In this document: positions 9,090 to 18,499 of the stretch, one piece after another
Numbering within the stretch: the stretch's first letter is position 1
Layout of the letters: each line of letters begins with the position of its first letter
Assembly: GCA_965279515.1 (NCBI GenBank)
Contig: CBDIID010000003.1
Span: 1,312,001-1,376,000 of the forward strand
DNA from: Turneriella sp.
GTDB lineage: Bacteria > Spirochaetota > Leptospiria > Turneriellales > Turneriellaceae
DNA: 64,000 nt
Reading direction: 5' to 3'
Notes under the pieces: model-generated
Seen by the model: only the letters and a program-made list of their open reading frames with translations
What the model was told of the DNA's origin: nothing
Databases searched by the model: none
Program-made: the position numbers and the translations under genes

Positions 9090-11240
9090 ATGACCAAAAT
9101 ATGGATAAAAGTCTCACTGATACCGATCTTCTCTCTCTTTCTCGCGCAGTGCGCAGGCGGCGGGGATACTGGCGCAGCCGACGCCAATACGGTAATCTCC
9201 GATCCGGCAGCCGCACCGGTTATCCCGGCGCCGATTCCAGCCCCAACCCCTGATCCGGAACCAGGCCCCAGCGACCCAAACCTCAACGCCCCGGTGATTT
9301 CAGCCACGGAAGGTGTCCACGCCGACAGAATCGAAATCAGCTGGCAACCGATTCCCGGTGCGAATTACAAAGTCTACCGCAAGCTGGCATCCGCAAGTGC
9401 CTACACCCTGATCCACAGCGGCACAGAACCTCTGTATAGCGATACGACCACCGCTGCAGGGCAGACATACCAGTACGCCGTGAAGGCCGCAAACTCACAG
9501 GGACAAAGCTCGGCCCTCAGCGAATTTGATTCGGGATGGCGTGCATTCTCCGAAGGCTGCGCGGCGAAACTCAATGTAGACCGAACTGAAAGCCGCATCG
9601 GTGTTTTGCGTAACGGATTTCAGGCTGCCTCGGCGATCACCATCCGCGGGAATTACTTTTTTATCGCGAGCGCCGGACGCGTCGTCATGCTGAACGCGCA
9701 GCGCGACCTCGCCGGTATCTGGCCAAACGCCGGGTCCATCACCGCCATGACAAGTTCTGCAAACAGCCCTGTTTATGCGCTCTCGGGAAAAAACATCCTG
9801 AAACTCACGGACGATTGCGGAACGGAAACATTTGCTACGCTGCCGTATAACACGCAAGGGTTTGACATCACTCTCGACACGACGGGCAATGTCTATGTCA
9901 GTGAAAAGAGTTCAGAAAAACCGGCGCGCATTTTCCGCTACGATGCTGCCGGAAAGCTGACCAACGAATGGCCTATGCCTGATACGGGCAGCATGGCACG
10001 TTCGCTCAACGCGATCCACTGGGTGGCCGGGGACGCTCTTCTGATTGCGGACAGAACCCTGTACAAGATTCTGAAATACCGCATCGATGGAAACCAACTG
10101 GTAAAAGTCGCGGAGAAAAATATGGCGGTAATCGGCGAGCCTACCGACATTGCGACGCAGGGAAATAACATATTGTTATTCACCAAGGCGAACGATAAGA
10201 TGCACCTGACCCGTTACCACAGCGGTTTCGACGGCGGGTCGGTAACTTACGATCTCGCTTACAATTACCGCATGCACGTTACCGAAGGGGCCGTGAATCC
10301 TGCTAACGGAACGCTCTATGGTACTGACGAAACCGGGCGCCAGCTTCTGGCCTGCCCGCCGCCACTCTTTATCTGCGCCCTGGATTCTGCGGGCATCGCT
10401 CCCGTCGGTATTGCCGCCGACGCACAAAAAAATCTCTATGTGCTGCATGGCGGGCCGACAGGGGCGATTACGAAACTCAACGCCAACGGTGCGCAGCTCG
10501 GAACACGTATTCTCCCGGATTATCAGAGCCGCGCGGTTACGCCATACGGAATCGAGGCCGATGGGGAAAATCTTTATATCTCGGCAACCAATGGCCAGAA
10601 AGCCCTGATCCTCAAGATCAAAAACGATCTCAGCGGCAATGTGACTTTCACCGAACGCACAGGTAACGGCGAAACCTTCTTCGACATCGCCGCGTCGGCT
10701 GGGCGGGTGATCTCAGAACAGCGAGTGGGTTATGTTTCAGGGGATGACTACCTGACGAAGGTCGTCTTCGAAGCGCTGCAGGCAGACGGTTCTAAAACCC
10801 AGCTGCCGGAATATGTACTGCCACAGGATATTGCGTTTGAAACGGCTTCTAAAGTCGAGAGCTGCGGCGCAGACTCGCTGTACTTTCAACTTACGGCGTA
10901 TGACTATGACTTCAACATCATACCGTTCGTAGCGCGCCTCGCTACGCAGCAAGGCAGTTGGTCGCGAGTGACACTGCCTGCGGGACAACCGAAGATCACC
11001 GAAGTGCGCTGCGCCAAGACCGCAGGAACGCTGTTCACGCTGGATCGAGATACGGCAGGCAATCTGTCGGTGGCCCAGCGCGATACAGCGCTCGGCGAAA
11101 TCCGCCGTTTCGGAGCTGCACGTAGTCTGATAGGTAAAACCTTTACGGTGGCCGGCGACGGTAGCGCGGGTTTTGCCGCCTCGGCACAGGGTATCCACCG
11201 TTTTGCCCCTGCACAGATTTCATTGGGGGCAGTCCCCTGA
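9090..11240 (+). CDS. Surface lipoprotein with Pro-rich linker, fibronectin type III domain and NHL-like beta-propellers
   Basis: Signal ending LAQC; PAPIPAPTPDPEP linker; IEISWQP...YKVYR...YQYAVKAAN Fn3 pattern; DITLDTTGNVYVSE and GIAADAQKNLYV NHL-like repeats. Confidence 0.8.
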   Translation: MTKIWIKVSLIPIFSLFLAQCAGGGDTGAADANTVISDPAAAPVIPAPIPAPTPDPEPGPSDPNLNAPVISATEGVHADRIEISWQPIPGANYKVYRKLASASAYTLIHSGTEPLYSDTTTAAGQTYQYAVKAANSQGQSSALSEFDSGWRAFSEGCAAKLNVDRTESRIGVLRNGFQAASAITIRGNYFFIASAGRVVMLNAQRDLAGIWPNAGSITAMTSSANSPVYALSGKNILKLTDDCGTETFATLPYNTQGFDITLDTTGNVYVSEKSSEKPARIFRYDAAGKLTNEWPMPDTGSMARSLNAIHWVAGDALLIADRTLYKILKYRIDGNQLVKVAEKNMAVIGEPTDIATQGNNILLFTKANDKMHLTRYHSGFDGGSVTYDLAYNYRMHVTEGAVNPANGTLYGTDETGRQLLACPPPLFICALDSAGIAPVGIAADAQKNLYVLHGGPTGAITKLNANGAQLGTRILPDYQSRAVTPYGIEADGENLYISATNGQKALILKIKNDLSGNVTFTERTGNGETFFDIAASAGRVISEQRVGYVSGDDYLTKVVFEALQADGSKTQLPEYVLPQDIAFETASKVESCGADSLYFQLTAYDYDFNIIPFVARLATQQGSWSRVTLPAGQPKITEVRCAKTAGTLFTLDRDTAGNLSVAQRDTALGEIRRFGAARSLIGKTFTVAGDGSAGFAASAQGIHRFAPAQISLGAVP

Positions 11241-11305
11241 GAAATCGCCGGCAACGGTCGGTAGTATTGAAGTGACACGCCAGGCGTTACGCCAGAGAAC
11301 TGTCC

Positions 11306-13096
11306 ATGTCTTTAAAATGGGCCGTTCTGCTGGCTACCGCTGCCGTGTTTTGTACCGGGCTCGGTGCAACCGACCGATTGGCCGCAGATGCGGTCAGCGC
11401 CAATTACCGAACCGGTGTTCCTGAAGAAAAATCCCTGAACGTGCCCGCTGACATCCGCAGCGCGGTCTCGGCAAACCCCGAAGCGGGATTACCCCTGTTG
11501 GTACAATATTTGGTTTCCGACACCAATGACGAATTTATCAAAGTGAAGAGGATCCATGACTGGATCACCGACAACATCGCCTATGACAGCGATCTGCTTT
11601 TGGGTCTCAGCGACCAGGGCAGCCGCAAGGTGATTGACCTCGTCAAATTCAAACGCACGACCTGCGGCGGCTACAGCCACCTTTTCCACCACATGGCCAG
11701 CCTAGCAGGAATTCCCGTTGAAACGATCACCGGTAACTCCAAGACCTGCTGGATCAAATCTTCTGCGCGCGACTGCCACCACGTCTGGAATGCGGTTAAC
11801 CTCAGGGGTAAATGGTACTATGTCGATACCACGGCCGACGGCCGTTTCACTTATAAACACGGCGCCTTTACGCCGAAAAAGCGCTACCACGACGTTTACC
11901 TGTTCATGACGCAGCAGGCAAAACTGCTCATCAACCTGCCGCTCGAAGAGCGCCAGCAATTTCTGAATCCACCGGTGAGTCGCGCCACCTATCTCGGCAC
12001 TCCGCGCGTCTCAGTGCTCTACCACAAGTACGATATTCAATATACGGCGCAGACGATTGCTCAGTTCCGCGAAGCGAAGAGAGATTTTGAGGGCGGCGCC
12101 CTGCAAAAAGTTTTCGACATGGCCGATTCGCCGAATGAACTTTTTGAATTACGTTTCCGCGCGCCGGCAAACGTGATGTTCTTTCCGCAGCTCGTAAAAG
12201 AAGCCGGTGAATCCTTCGACGATAATACCGATTCGGACAAAGCAGACGACAAGGTAGACCTGAATGCGCGCACCTTTTGCCTGCGCGAATCGGCCGAACA
12301 GGTGCTCTGCCAGTACTCCGCCGCGAAGCCGGGAAAATACAAGGCCTACCTTTCGGCCAAAGAGGCGGGCGACCTCTACAAGTTTGGTCTCATCCATGCC
12401 TTCACTCTTGTCGCGCAAAAAGCCGGGCCGATTCTCCCTTTAAGTACCAGTCAGCTTTTCACGGGTCCGTTATTTGTGCAGCAGGGTCTCAACATCGTCG
12501 CCGCAGATTTAAATCCCACAACGCCGTTTCCCTGGGTGGATGTCACACACCCCGAAGCCAACTTCATCACGTCATTTGTGTTTGGCATGGACGGCAAACA
12601 GGTGCCTGCCTCTGTCGATTATTCCTTCCTTTCCCGCGAGCGCATACGGTTCTATTATAAATTTGCCAAACCCGGCACCTACTGGGTCAGGCTACAGACC
12701 CGCATTCCGAATGAAACCGGTGCGCCGCGGCAGAATGTGGCTGTTGCCCGGCTCGATGTCACACAGCCGACGGCGGCAAAGTTCCCGCCCGACAACGATT
12801 TTATTTTCACGAAAGCCCTGGTAGAGAATGGCATGGCATTGGTCTCAACCGACATCGCCACCAGCACGGGTGATGTGAATGTCACGATATCCGGAACATC
12901 AGGTAAAACAACAGAATGCCAGCTCTACGACGCTTCGGGAAAGGCAATGAAAGCGCTGTGTGCCGCTGCTCCGGAAGCAGATACCACGCGCTTCACCTTT
13001 GCGACTGCTGCCTCCGGAACCTTCGGCGGCCGGCTGTTTCTTAAGGAAGGAACGCAGAAGAAAATCATCGGCTATTTCCGGCTGGTACGCCCCTAG
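11306..13096 (+). CDS. Secreted transglutaminase-like (Cys-His-Asp) protein
   Basis: Signal peptide; IHDWITDNIAYD, TCGGYSHLF (Cys), HVWNAV (His), WYYVDTT (Asp). Confidence 0.85.
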   Translation: MSLKWAVLLATAAVFCTGLGATDRLAADAVSANYRTGVPEEKSLNVPADIRSAVSANPEAGLPLLVQYLVSDTNDEFIKVKRIHDWITDNIAYDSDLLLGLSDQGSRKVIDLVKFKRTTCGGYSHLFHHMASLAGIPVETITGNSKTCWIKSSARDCHHVWNAVNLRGKWYYVDTTADGRFTYKHGAFTPKKRYHDVYLFMTQQAKLLINLPLEERQQFLNPPVSRATYLGTPRVSVLYHKYDIQYTAQTIAQFREAKRDFEGGALQKVFDMADSPNELFELRFRAPANVMFFPQLVKEAGESFDDNTDSDKADDKVDLNARTFCLRESAEQVLCQYSAAKPGKYKAYLSAKEAGDLYKFGLIHAFTLVAQKAGPILPLSTSQLFTGPLFVQQGLNIVAADLNPTTPFPWVDVTHPEANFITSFVFGMDGKQVPASVDYSFLSRERIRFYYKFAKPGTYWVRLQTRIPNETGAPRQNVAVARLDVTQPTAAKFPPDNDFIFTKALVENGMALVSTDIATSTGDVNVTISGTSGKTTECQLYDASGKAMKALCAAAPEADTTRFTFATAASGTFGGRLFLKEGTQKKIIGYFRLVRP

Positions 13097-13149
13097 CCCG
13101 GCCTAAACAATCGATTTTCCTTTTCCCTCTGTCCGCAGAGCAAAAATTG

Positions 13150-13179
13150 GCAACGCGTCGATGGATTTCGACGCGTTGC
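13150..13179. promoter_or_regulatory. Perfect 12-bp inverted repeat upstream of arsR-etf operon, candidate operator
   Basis: GCAACGCGTCGA-tggatt-TCGACGCGTTGC with no U-tract. Confidence 0.55.
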
Positions 13180-13222
13180 ACTGGCGGGATAAATCCCGTC
13201 TTCGCAAAACTGAGCAAATGCG

Positions 13223-13573
13223 ATGCAGAACGACAGAGCGCTTAATGGCACGAGCTTACGGCGCAAAAGCGTTTCTGCAGAAAACATTTATCTCTTCAAG
13301 ACAGAGGTCTTGAGAGCGCTTTCCGATGAAACCCGGCAGGGAATCATCGTGCTTCTGGGTAAGCACGGCAGCCTGTGCGTGAACGATTTGACGGCCCATT
13401 TCAACGTGGGCAGACCAACCGTCTCACACCACCTGCAGGTCTTAAAAGAAGCGAAAGTGGTTAAGGCTGAAAAACTCGGTAAAGAGATGCATTATTCTCT
13501 GAACCTGAGAAATATCAGACGCTCGATAAAAAGTCTGGACAAAGTTCTGGATAGCATAACGATAAAGGAGTAA
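13223..13573 (+). CDS. ArsR/SmtB family transcriptional regulator
   Basis: LRALSDETRQGII...VSHHLQVLKEAKVV...GKEMHYSLN. Confidence 0.9.
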   Translation: MQNDRALNGTSLRRKSVSAENIYLFKTEVLRALSDETRQGIIVLLGKHGSLCVNDLTAHFNVGRPTVSHHLQVLKEAKVVKAEKLGKEMHYSLNLRNIRRSIKSLDKVLDSITIKE

Positions 13574-13576
13574 CGG

Positions 13577-14332
13577 ATGAACACACTGGTTCTGATTAAG
13601 CAAGTGCCCGACACCGAGGCAAAAATCAACGTCGCCGCCGGAAAAATTTCCGAGGCGGGTATTAAATGGACAATCTCACCTTATGATGAGATCGCGCTTG
13701 AAGAAGCGATACGCATGAAAGAGAAATCAGGCGGCACCGTTACTGCGCTCGCAGTCGGCGACGACTCTGTACAAAACGCGCTGCGTTCGGCATTCGCGAT
13801 GGGCGCCGACAATGCGATCCACGTCAAAGTCGACGGTTACCAGATGCTCGATTCATTCGGCATCGCCAAAGCAATCGCCACAGCGATCGAAGGCGCCGAC
13901 TATAAAGTCGTACTCGCCGGCCGCCAGGGTTCAGACTCTGACAACGGTCAGGTGCCCCTCATTCTCGCAACGCTCAAGGGCTGGGGCTGCGTTTCATTCG
14001 CGAAAAAAGTAGAAGTATCGGCAGACAAGGCCGTGATCGAGTGCGAAGCCGACGGCGGCGAAGCAGTCTATGAATCTTCACTCCCTGTTGTGATTACAGC
14101 GAATGCCGGCCTTAACGAGCCGCGCTACCCGTCACTCAAAGGTATCATGGCTTCCAAAAAGAAGCCGATCGAATCTAAGCCCGTAAATATCGGCGCAGAA
14201 ACCAAAATCGAAGTTTTGGGTTTCGAACCGCCACCAGCACGCCCGGCAGGCCGCACTATCGAAGGTGCAGACGCCGCGGCAAAAGCGAAAGAACTTGTGA
14301 AAGGTCTGCGCGAAGAAATCAAGGCAATCTAA
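13577..14332 (+). CDS. etfB: Electron transfer flavoprotein beta subunit
   Basis: IKQVPDTE, PYDEIALEEA, AGRQGSDSDNGQV, NEPRYPSLKGIMASKKK; AAGGAG SD. Confidence 0.96.
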   Translation: MNTLVLIKQVPDTEAKINVAAGKISEAGIKWTISPYDEIALEEAIRMKEKSGGTVTALAVGDDSVQNALRSAFAMGADNAIHVKVDGYQMLDSFGIAKAIATAIEGADYKVVLAGRQGSDSDNGQVPLILATLKGWGCVSFAKKVEVSADKAVIECEADGGEAVYESSLPVVITANAGLNEPRYPSLKGIMASKKKPIESKPVNIGAETKIEVLGFEPPPARPAGRTIEGADAAAKAKELVKGLREEIKAI

Positions 14333-14342
14333 GGAGCACACA

Positions 14343-15290
14343 ATGGCAAAGATATTAGCAGTAGGCGAAATCGCCGGCGGAGTCTTAAGAAAAGCTTCGC
14401 GTGAAACAACCAGCGTCGGCAAAAAACTCGGCACCGTCTCAACCGTTCTCATCGGTTCTGGCGCGGCAGCGGGCGCACCCGAAGTAGCCAAGCACGGCGC
14501 CGATAAAGTGTATGTGGGAGAAATCGCCACATACAACGGTGAAGCGTATGCGAAAGCCATCGCCGACCTTGTAAAGGGCAAAGGCTATGAAATCGTCATC
14601 CTGCCCCACTCATGGATCGGCCGCGACATTTCATCGCGTATTGCGACGCTGCTGAACACCGGCGTTATTTCAGACGCCGTGGAAATCAGCCTCGATGGCG
14701 ACCGCGTGAAAATCCGCAAACCTGTCTATTCAGGTAAGGCGTTTGTATCATTGAAGGTGAAAGCTTCACCGCAGGTTGTCACGATCCGCCCCAATGCACA
14801 CGCGATCGCTGACAGCGCGGGTGCCGGTGCAGTCGAAAACATCACTGTCGATGCTGGTGCGTCAAAAGCAAAACAAGTCAAATTCGAAGCGAAAAGCGGC
14901 TCACGCGTATCGCTCACCGAAGCTGACATCGTTGTCTCCGGCGGCCGTGGTATCAAGGGCCCTGAAAACTTCCCGCTCATCGAACAACTCGCCGACATTC
15001 TCGGCGCAGGCGTCGGTGCGACGCGCGCGGTTGTCGATGCCGGCTGGTGTGACCACACATTGCAGATCGGCCAGACCGGTCAGACAGTATCGCCTAAACT
15101 CTACATTGCCGTCGGTATCTCCGGCGCGATTCAGCACATGGCAGGTATGGGTTCGTCAAAGTTCATCGTTGCGATCAACAAAGATCCCGATGCACCGATC
15201 TTCAAGGTTTCCACCTACGGCATCGTGGACGATCTGTTCAACGTTCTGCCACCTCTGAAAGAGGAATTGAAGGCGGCGTTAGGGAAATAA
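14343..15290 (+). CDS. etfA: Electron transfer flavoprotein alpha subunit
   Basis: LTEADIVVSGGRG, QIGQTGQTVSPKLYIAVGISGAIQH, AINKDPDAPIF. Confidence 0.97.
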   Translation: MAKILAVGEIAGGVLRKASRETTSVGKKLGTVSTVLIGSGAAAGAPEVAKHGADKVYVGEIATYNGEAYAKAIADLVKGKGYEIVILPHSWIGRDISSRIATLLNTGVISDAVEISLDGDRVKIRKPVYSGKAFVSLKVKASPQVVTIRPNAHAIADSAGAGAVENITVDAGASKAKQVKFEAKSGSRVSLTEADIVVSGGRGIKGPENFPLIEQLADILGAGVGATRAVVDAGWCDHTLQIGQTGQTVSPKLYIAVGISGAIQHMAGMGSSKFIVAINKDPDAPIFKVSTYGIVDDLFNVLPPLKEELKAALGK

Positions 15291-15294
15291 TTTA

Positions 15295-15398
15295 TCGCCC
15301 CCAACCCCAGCCCTTCCCCCTAGTCTGGGGGAAGGGAGTCAGGACTATCTTTCTCCCCTTGCCCCGGAATCGGGGAAAGGGGCCGGGGGTTAAGGCGA
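15295..15398. repeat. REP-like palindromic element, intergenic copy
   Basis: Two internal hairpins (CCCTTCCCCC-tagtct-GGGGGAAGGG; CCCCTTgCCCCG-gaat-CGGGGAAAGGGG) within imperfect outer arms; first 44 nt match reverse complement of 52405-52448 with 2 mismatches. Confidence 0.85.
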
Positions 15399-15414
15399 AC
15401 CAAAGGAGCAAAAT

Positions 15415-16773
15415 ATGAAAAAAATTAAATTCGACCGCGACGGCGACAGAATCGTCATCGCTGGTGCAGTCAGAACCCCCGTCGGCCAGGCAGGGTCTGC
15501 CCTCTCGGGCAAACAAGCGTTTGAGCTCGGCACACTTGTTGTGGAAGAAGTCATCAAGCGTGCGAAGCTCGATAAGAAAAACATCGACGGCGTCGTCGCC
15601 GGCGAAATTTCGCAGTCGTCCAAAGCACCCAATGCGGCGCGTGTAATTTCTGTAAAAACGGAAATCCCACTCGGAGCGAATGCGGTGACTATTGCGAATA
15701 ACTGCGTTTCTGGTTACGAAGCAATCTTCGAAGCCTCTCGCCGTATCATCATGGGCGAAAACGAACTGATCGTCGTGGTTGGTGAAGAGTCCATGTCAAA
15801 CATGCCGATCTACCTCGATGGCGCGAAACAAAATTCTAAAACAGCGAACGTCGATAAACTGAAAGCAAACTGGGCCGATGTGCCTAACATGCCCGATGTG
15901 AAACTCATCGACGGTGTTGCAGAAGGCCTCAACGACCCGATACGCGATGCAATGATGTTTGCGACAGCAGAAATTGTTGCGCAGAAACTCAACCTGAAGC
16001 GCGAAGATCTAGACAAATACGCACACGGCTCGTACAAAAAGGCGCATGATTCCCTCGTTGCCGGCAAGTATGACAAATACCTGCTCCCGGTGAAATATGG
16101 CGAGAAACCCGAAGAAATTCTTGATAAGGATGAATTCGTGATGGGCAAAACCGGCTTTATCGAAAAGCCGGAACGCTTCGCTAAATCACCCGTGATCTAC
16201 GAAAAAATGCCTGGCGGCCTCAAAGGTCTCTATGACAAATTCGAAAAATGGATCGGTAAAAAATACGAAGAGACCATGAAGCCCGTGGTGACACTCTTCA
16301 ACGCCTGCCCGCAATCCGACGGCGCCGGCGCGGTGATCATCACCACTGAATCCAAAGCGAAAGAACTCGGTCTGCCGATTCTCGCTAAGATCAAAGGCTG
16401 GGGTTATGGCGGCGTAGATCCGGCTGTGATGGGTCTTGGCATCGCGTACGCGATGAAAGAAGCGCTCGAGAACACTGGCCTGAAGTGGGAAGATATCAAC
16501 ACCTATGAGATCCACGAAGCCTTTGCCGCCACGGCACTCGGTTCGATGGTCGTCGCGCGGGATGAATTCAAACACGACCTCGTGGCACGCCTCGAAAAAG
16601 GCGACGTCAACCCGAACGGCGGCACACTCGCTATGGGCCACCCGCTCGGAGCCACTGGTATTCGCATGGCGATCAACCAGATCATGGACCTCGATGCGGG
16701 CGCTAAATACGTGATGGGCTCGATCTGCGCCGGTGGCGGTGTCGGTGGTGCCTTGATTCTCGAAAAGGCTTAA
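15415..16773 (+). CDS. Thiolase (acetyl-CoA acyltransferase), HEAF type
   Basis: AVRTPVG, NNCVSG, IHEAFAA, GHPLGATG, ICAGGG. Confidence 0.93.
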   Translation: MKKIKFDRDGDRIVIAGAVRTPVGQAGSALSGKQAFELGTLVVEEVIKRAKLDKKNIDGVVAGEISQSSKAPNAARVISVKTEIPLGANAVTIANNCVSGYEAIFEASRRIIMGENELIVVVGEESMSNMPIYLDGAKQNSKTANVDKLKANWADVPNMPDVKLIDGVAEGLNDPIRDAMMFATAEIVAQKLNLKREDLDKYAHGSYKKAHDSLVAGKYDKYLLPVKYGEKPEEILDKDEFVMGKTGFIEKPERFAKSPVIYEKMPGGLKGLYDKFEKWIGKKYEETMKPVVTLFNACPQSDGAGAVIITTESKAKELGLPILAKIKGWGYGGVDPAVMGLGIAYAMKEALENTGLKWEDINTYEIHEAFAATALGSMVVARDEFKHDLVARLEKGDVNPNGGTLAMGHPLGATGIRMAINQIMDLDAGAKYVMGSICAGGGVGGALILEKA

Positions 16774-16797
16774 TTTCAGAGCACCTTAGAAAAAGCC

Positions 16798-16821
16798 AAG
16801 CGGCCTCCGGGCCGCTTTTTT
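16798..16821 (+). terminator. Intrinsic terminator after thiolase
   Basis: AAGCGGCC-tccg-GGCCGCTT followed by T run. Confidence 0.85.
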
Positions 16822-16856
16822 ATTGCCATATGAGTCATCCCACTTAACAAGTCCAT

Positions 16857-17600
16857 ATGCAAAGCAAAGGTATTGCGATTCTTGTTACGCTTATTTTCTT
16901 CTCCGGGGCAGTTTTTGCCGATGATATTCCAACGATTCCCTTGCACATTTCAATTATCTCTGAACGGCATGAAGTGGCCAAGGTCTTTAATGAAGAAAAC
17001 ACGGCATGGATCACGGACACCCTAAATCGCGAATTCAAATCCGGCGAGGGAAAACAGTTACTGCGCTTTGAATTGAAACAGGTCACTCAACTCTCTGAAT
17101 CACGGGCACAAGCGGCTTCGTTCTTTGGCATCGATGACCAGAAACAACTGCATCAGAAAATCAAAGAGGCGATCAAAGAACCGCTGCTGCATCCGGATAA
17201 ACTGAACATCTATGTTTTCCTCAACGCACGCGGTATGTCCGCATCGAATGGTGGCAACTATTGTGCGCATCGGACAACGAAGGGCGTCAAAGCGACGGAC
17301 TGTTATACATGGATTTTACTGGATTGGGAAGTTCTGGCAAAAAAGAACAAGAGAACTCTACTGCATGAAGCGGGCCATGTCTTCGGTTTGCCTCACGTAA
17401 CTTATGTCAACGGAGACAAAAAATCACCGGATAATAATGTCATGGCGGGAGATAAAAATCCGGCACCGGTGCCATTGCCCGACGGCGAGTCAGGGTATTA
17501 CTTCACACCTTCACAGGCAGAAAACCTGAAGATCAAATTGGATCTGATTTTGGCCACTTTCTCCCGCGCACGTGCGGGAGAAAAGCTGATCGGCCGTTAG
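16857..17600 (+). CDS. Secreted metzincin-type zinc metallopeptidase
   Basis: Signal peptide; HEAGHVFGLPH (HExxHxxGxxH) and NNVM Met-turn. Confidence 0.8.
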   Translation: MQSKGIAILVTLIFFSGAVFADDIPTIPLHISIISERHEVAKVFNEENTAWITDTLNREFKSGEGKQLLRFELKQVTQLSESRAQAASFFGIDDQKQLHQKIKEAIKEPLLHPDKLNIYVFLNARGMSASNGGNYCAHRTTKGVKATDCYTWILLDWEVLAKKNKRTLLHEAGHVFGLPHVTYVNGDKKSPDNNVMAGDKNPAPVPLPDGESGYYFTPSQAENLKIKLDLILATFSRARAGEKLIGR

Positions 17601-18397
17601 TTCAGGTTCTGGCGTAAGAACGATAGCAGACTTGCCCACGAGGCGAGATCCGCCTTCGCATCGTATGCCATGCCATGCTCTTTATGGATCGGGTCATTAA
17701 ATTTGTTAGTGAACCCGTGCACGGCGCCGTCGTGCACGATGAACTGGTACTTGACCTTCACCTTGTCAAACTCAGTCTTCAGCGTTTGGATATCCTTCGG
17801 CGGAATGAATTTGTCCGCGCCGCCGTGGTGAATGAGCAGCGGGCCTTTCACATTCTTCGCATCGGCAGCAATCGTCGGAAACGCCAGCGCCGCGTGAAAT
17901 GCCGCAATGCCTTTGACATCGGCGCCCATGAGCCCCGTTTCGATCGCCGCCATGCCACCGAAACAATAACCCATCACGACGATCTTCGCGGGATCGACTT
18001 CCGGGCGCGCCTTAAGTACGCTTAATGCAGTTTCCAGCCGTGAGCGCATCAGCTTGCGGTCTTTGCCATAAGCACCCGACAGTTCAGCCGCCTCTTTGTG
18101 GTCCTTGGCGCGAATACCCTTACCATACATATCCATGGCAAAGGCCACGTAGCCGTTTTCAGCCAGCATCTTTGCGCGCATCCTGGCATAGTCACCGAGA
18201 CCATCCCATTCGTGGATGATAAGCACCGCCGGCAGTTTCTTGTCAGATTTTTTCGGATAGGCGATGAAGCCTTCAAAATCCTTGCCGTCTTGCTGATAGA
18301 CCAGTGTCGAAGTTTCCTGGTGCCGTGACGCATTATTTTCTTTAGGGCCGCAGGCGATAAAAGCGCAGGTGAGCAGAATATAGGTGATTTTTTTCAT
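17597..18397 (-). CDS. Dienelactone hydrolase family lipoprotein
   Basis: MKKITYILLTCAFIAC signal; IHEWDG, GYCFGG nucleophile, GGAD, AVHGFTN. Confidence 0.92.
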   Translation of the reverse strand: MKKITYILLTCAFIACGPKENNASRHQETSTLVYQQDGKDFEGFIAYPKKSDKKLPAVLIIHEWDGLGDYARMRAKMLAENGYVAFAMDMYGKGIRAKDHKEAAELSGAYGKDRKLMRSRLETALSVLKARPEVDPAKIVVMGYCFGGMAAIETGLMGADVKGIAAFHAALAFPTIAADAKNVKGPLLIHHGGADKFIPPKDIQTLKTEFDKVKVKYQFIVHDGAVHGFTNKFNDPIHKEHGMAYDAKADLASWASLLSFLRQNLN

Positions 18398-18499
18398 GGC
18401 TGATCTTGGATCCTCCCCCGCGGCCGTCAAATCGAATCAGCCCGGCTCTTGCCAGCGGGGTAAAGCTGTACGGCATGTCTCAAAAGCAGTCTCTGGACA

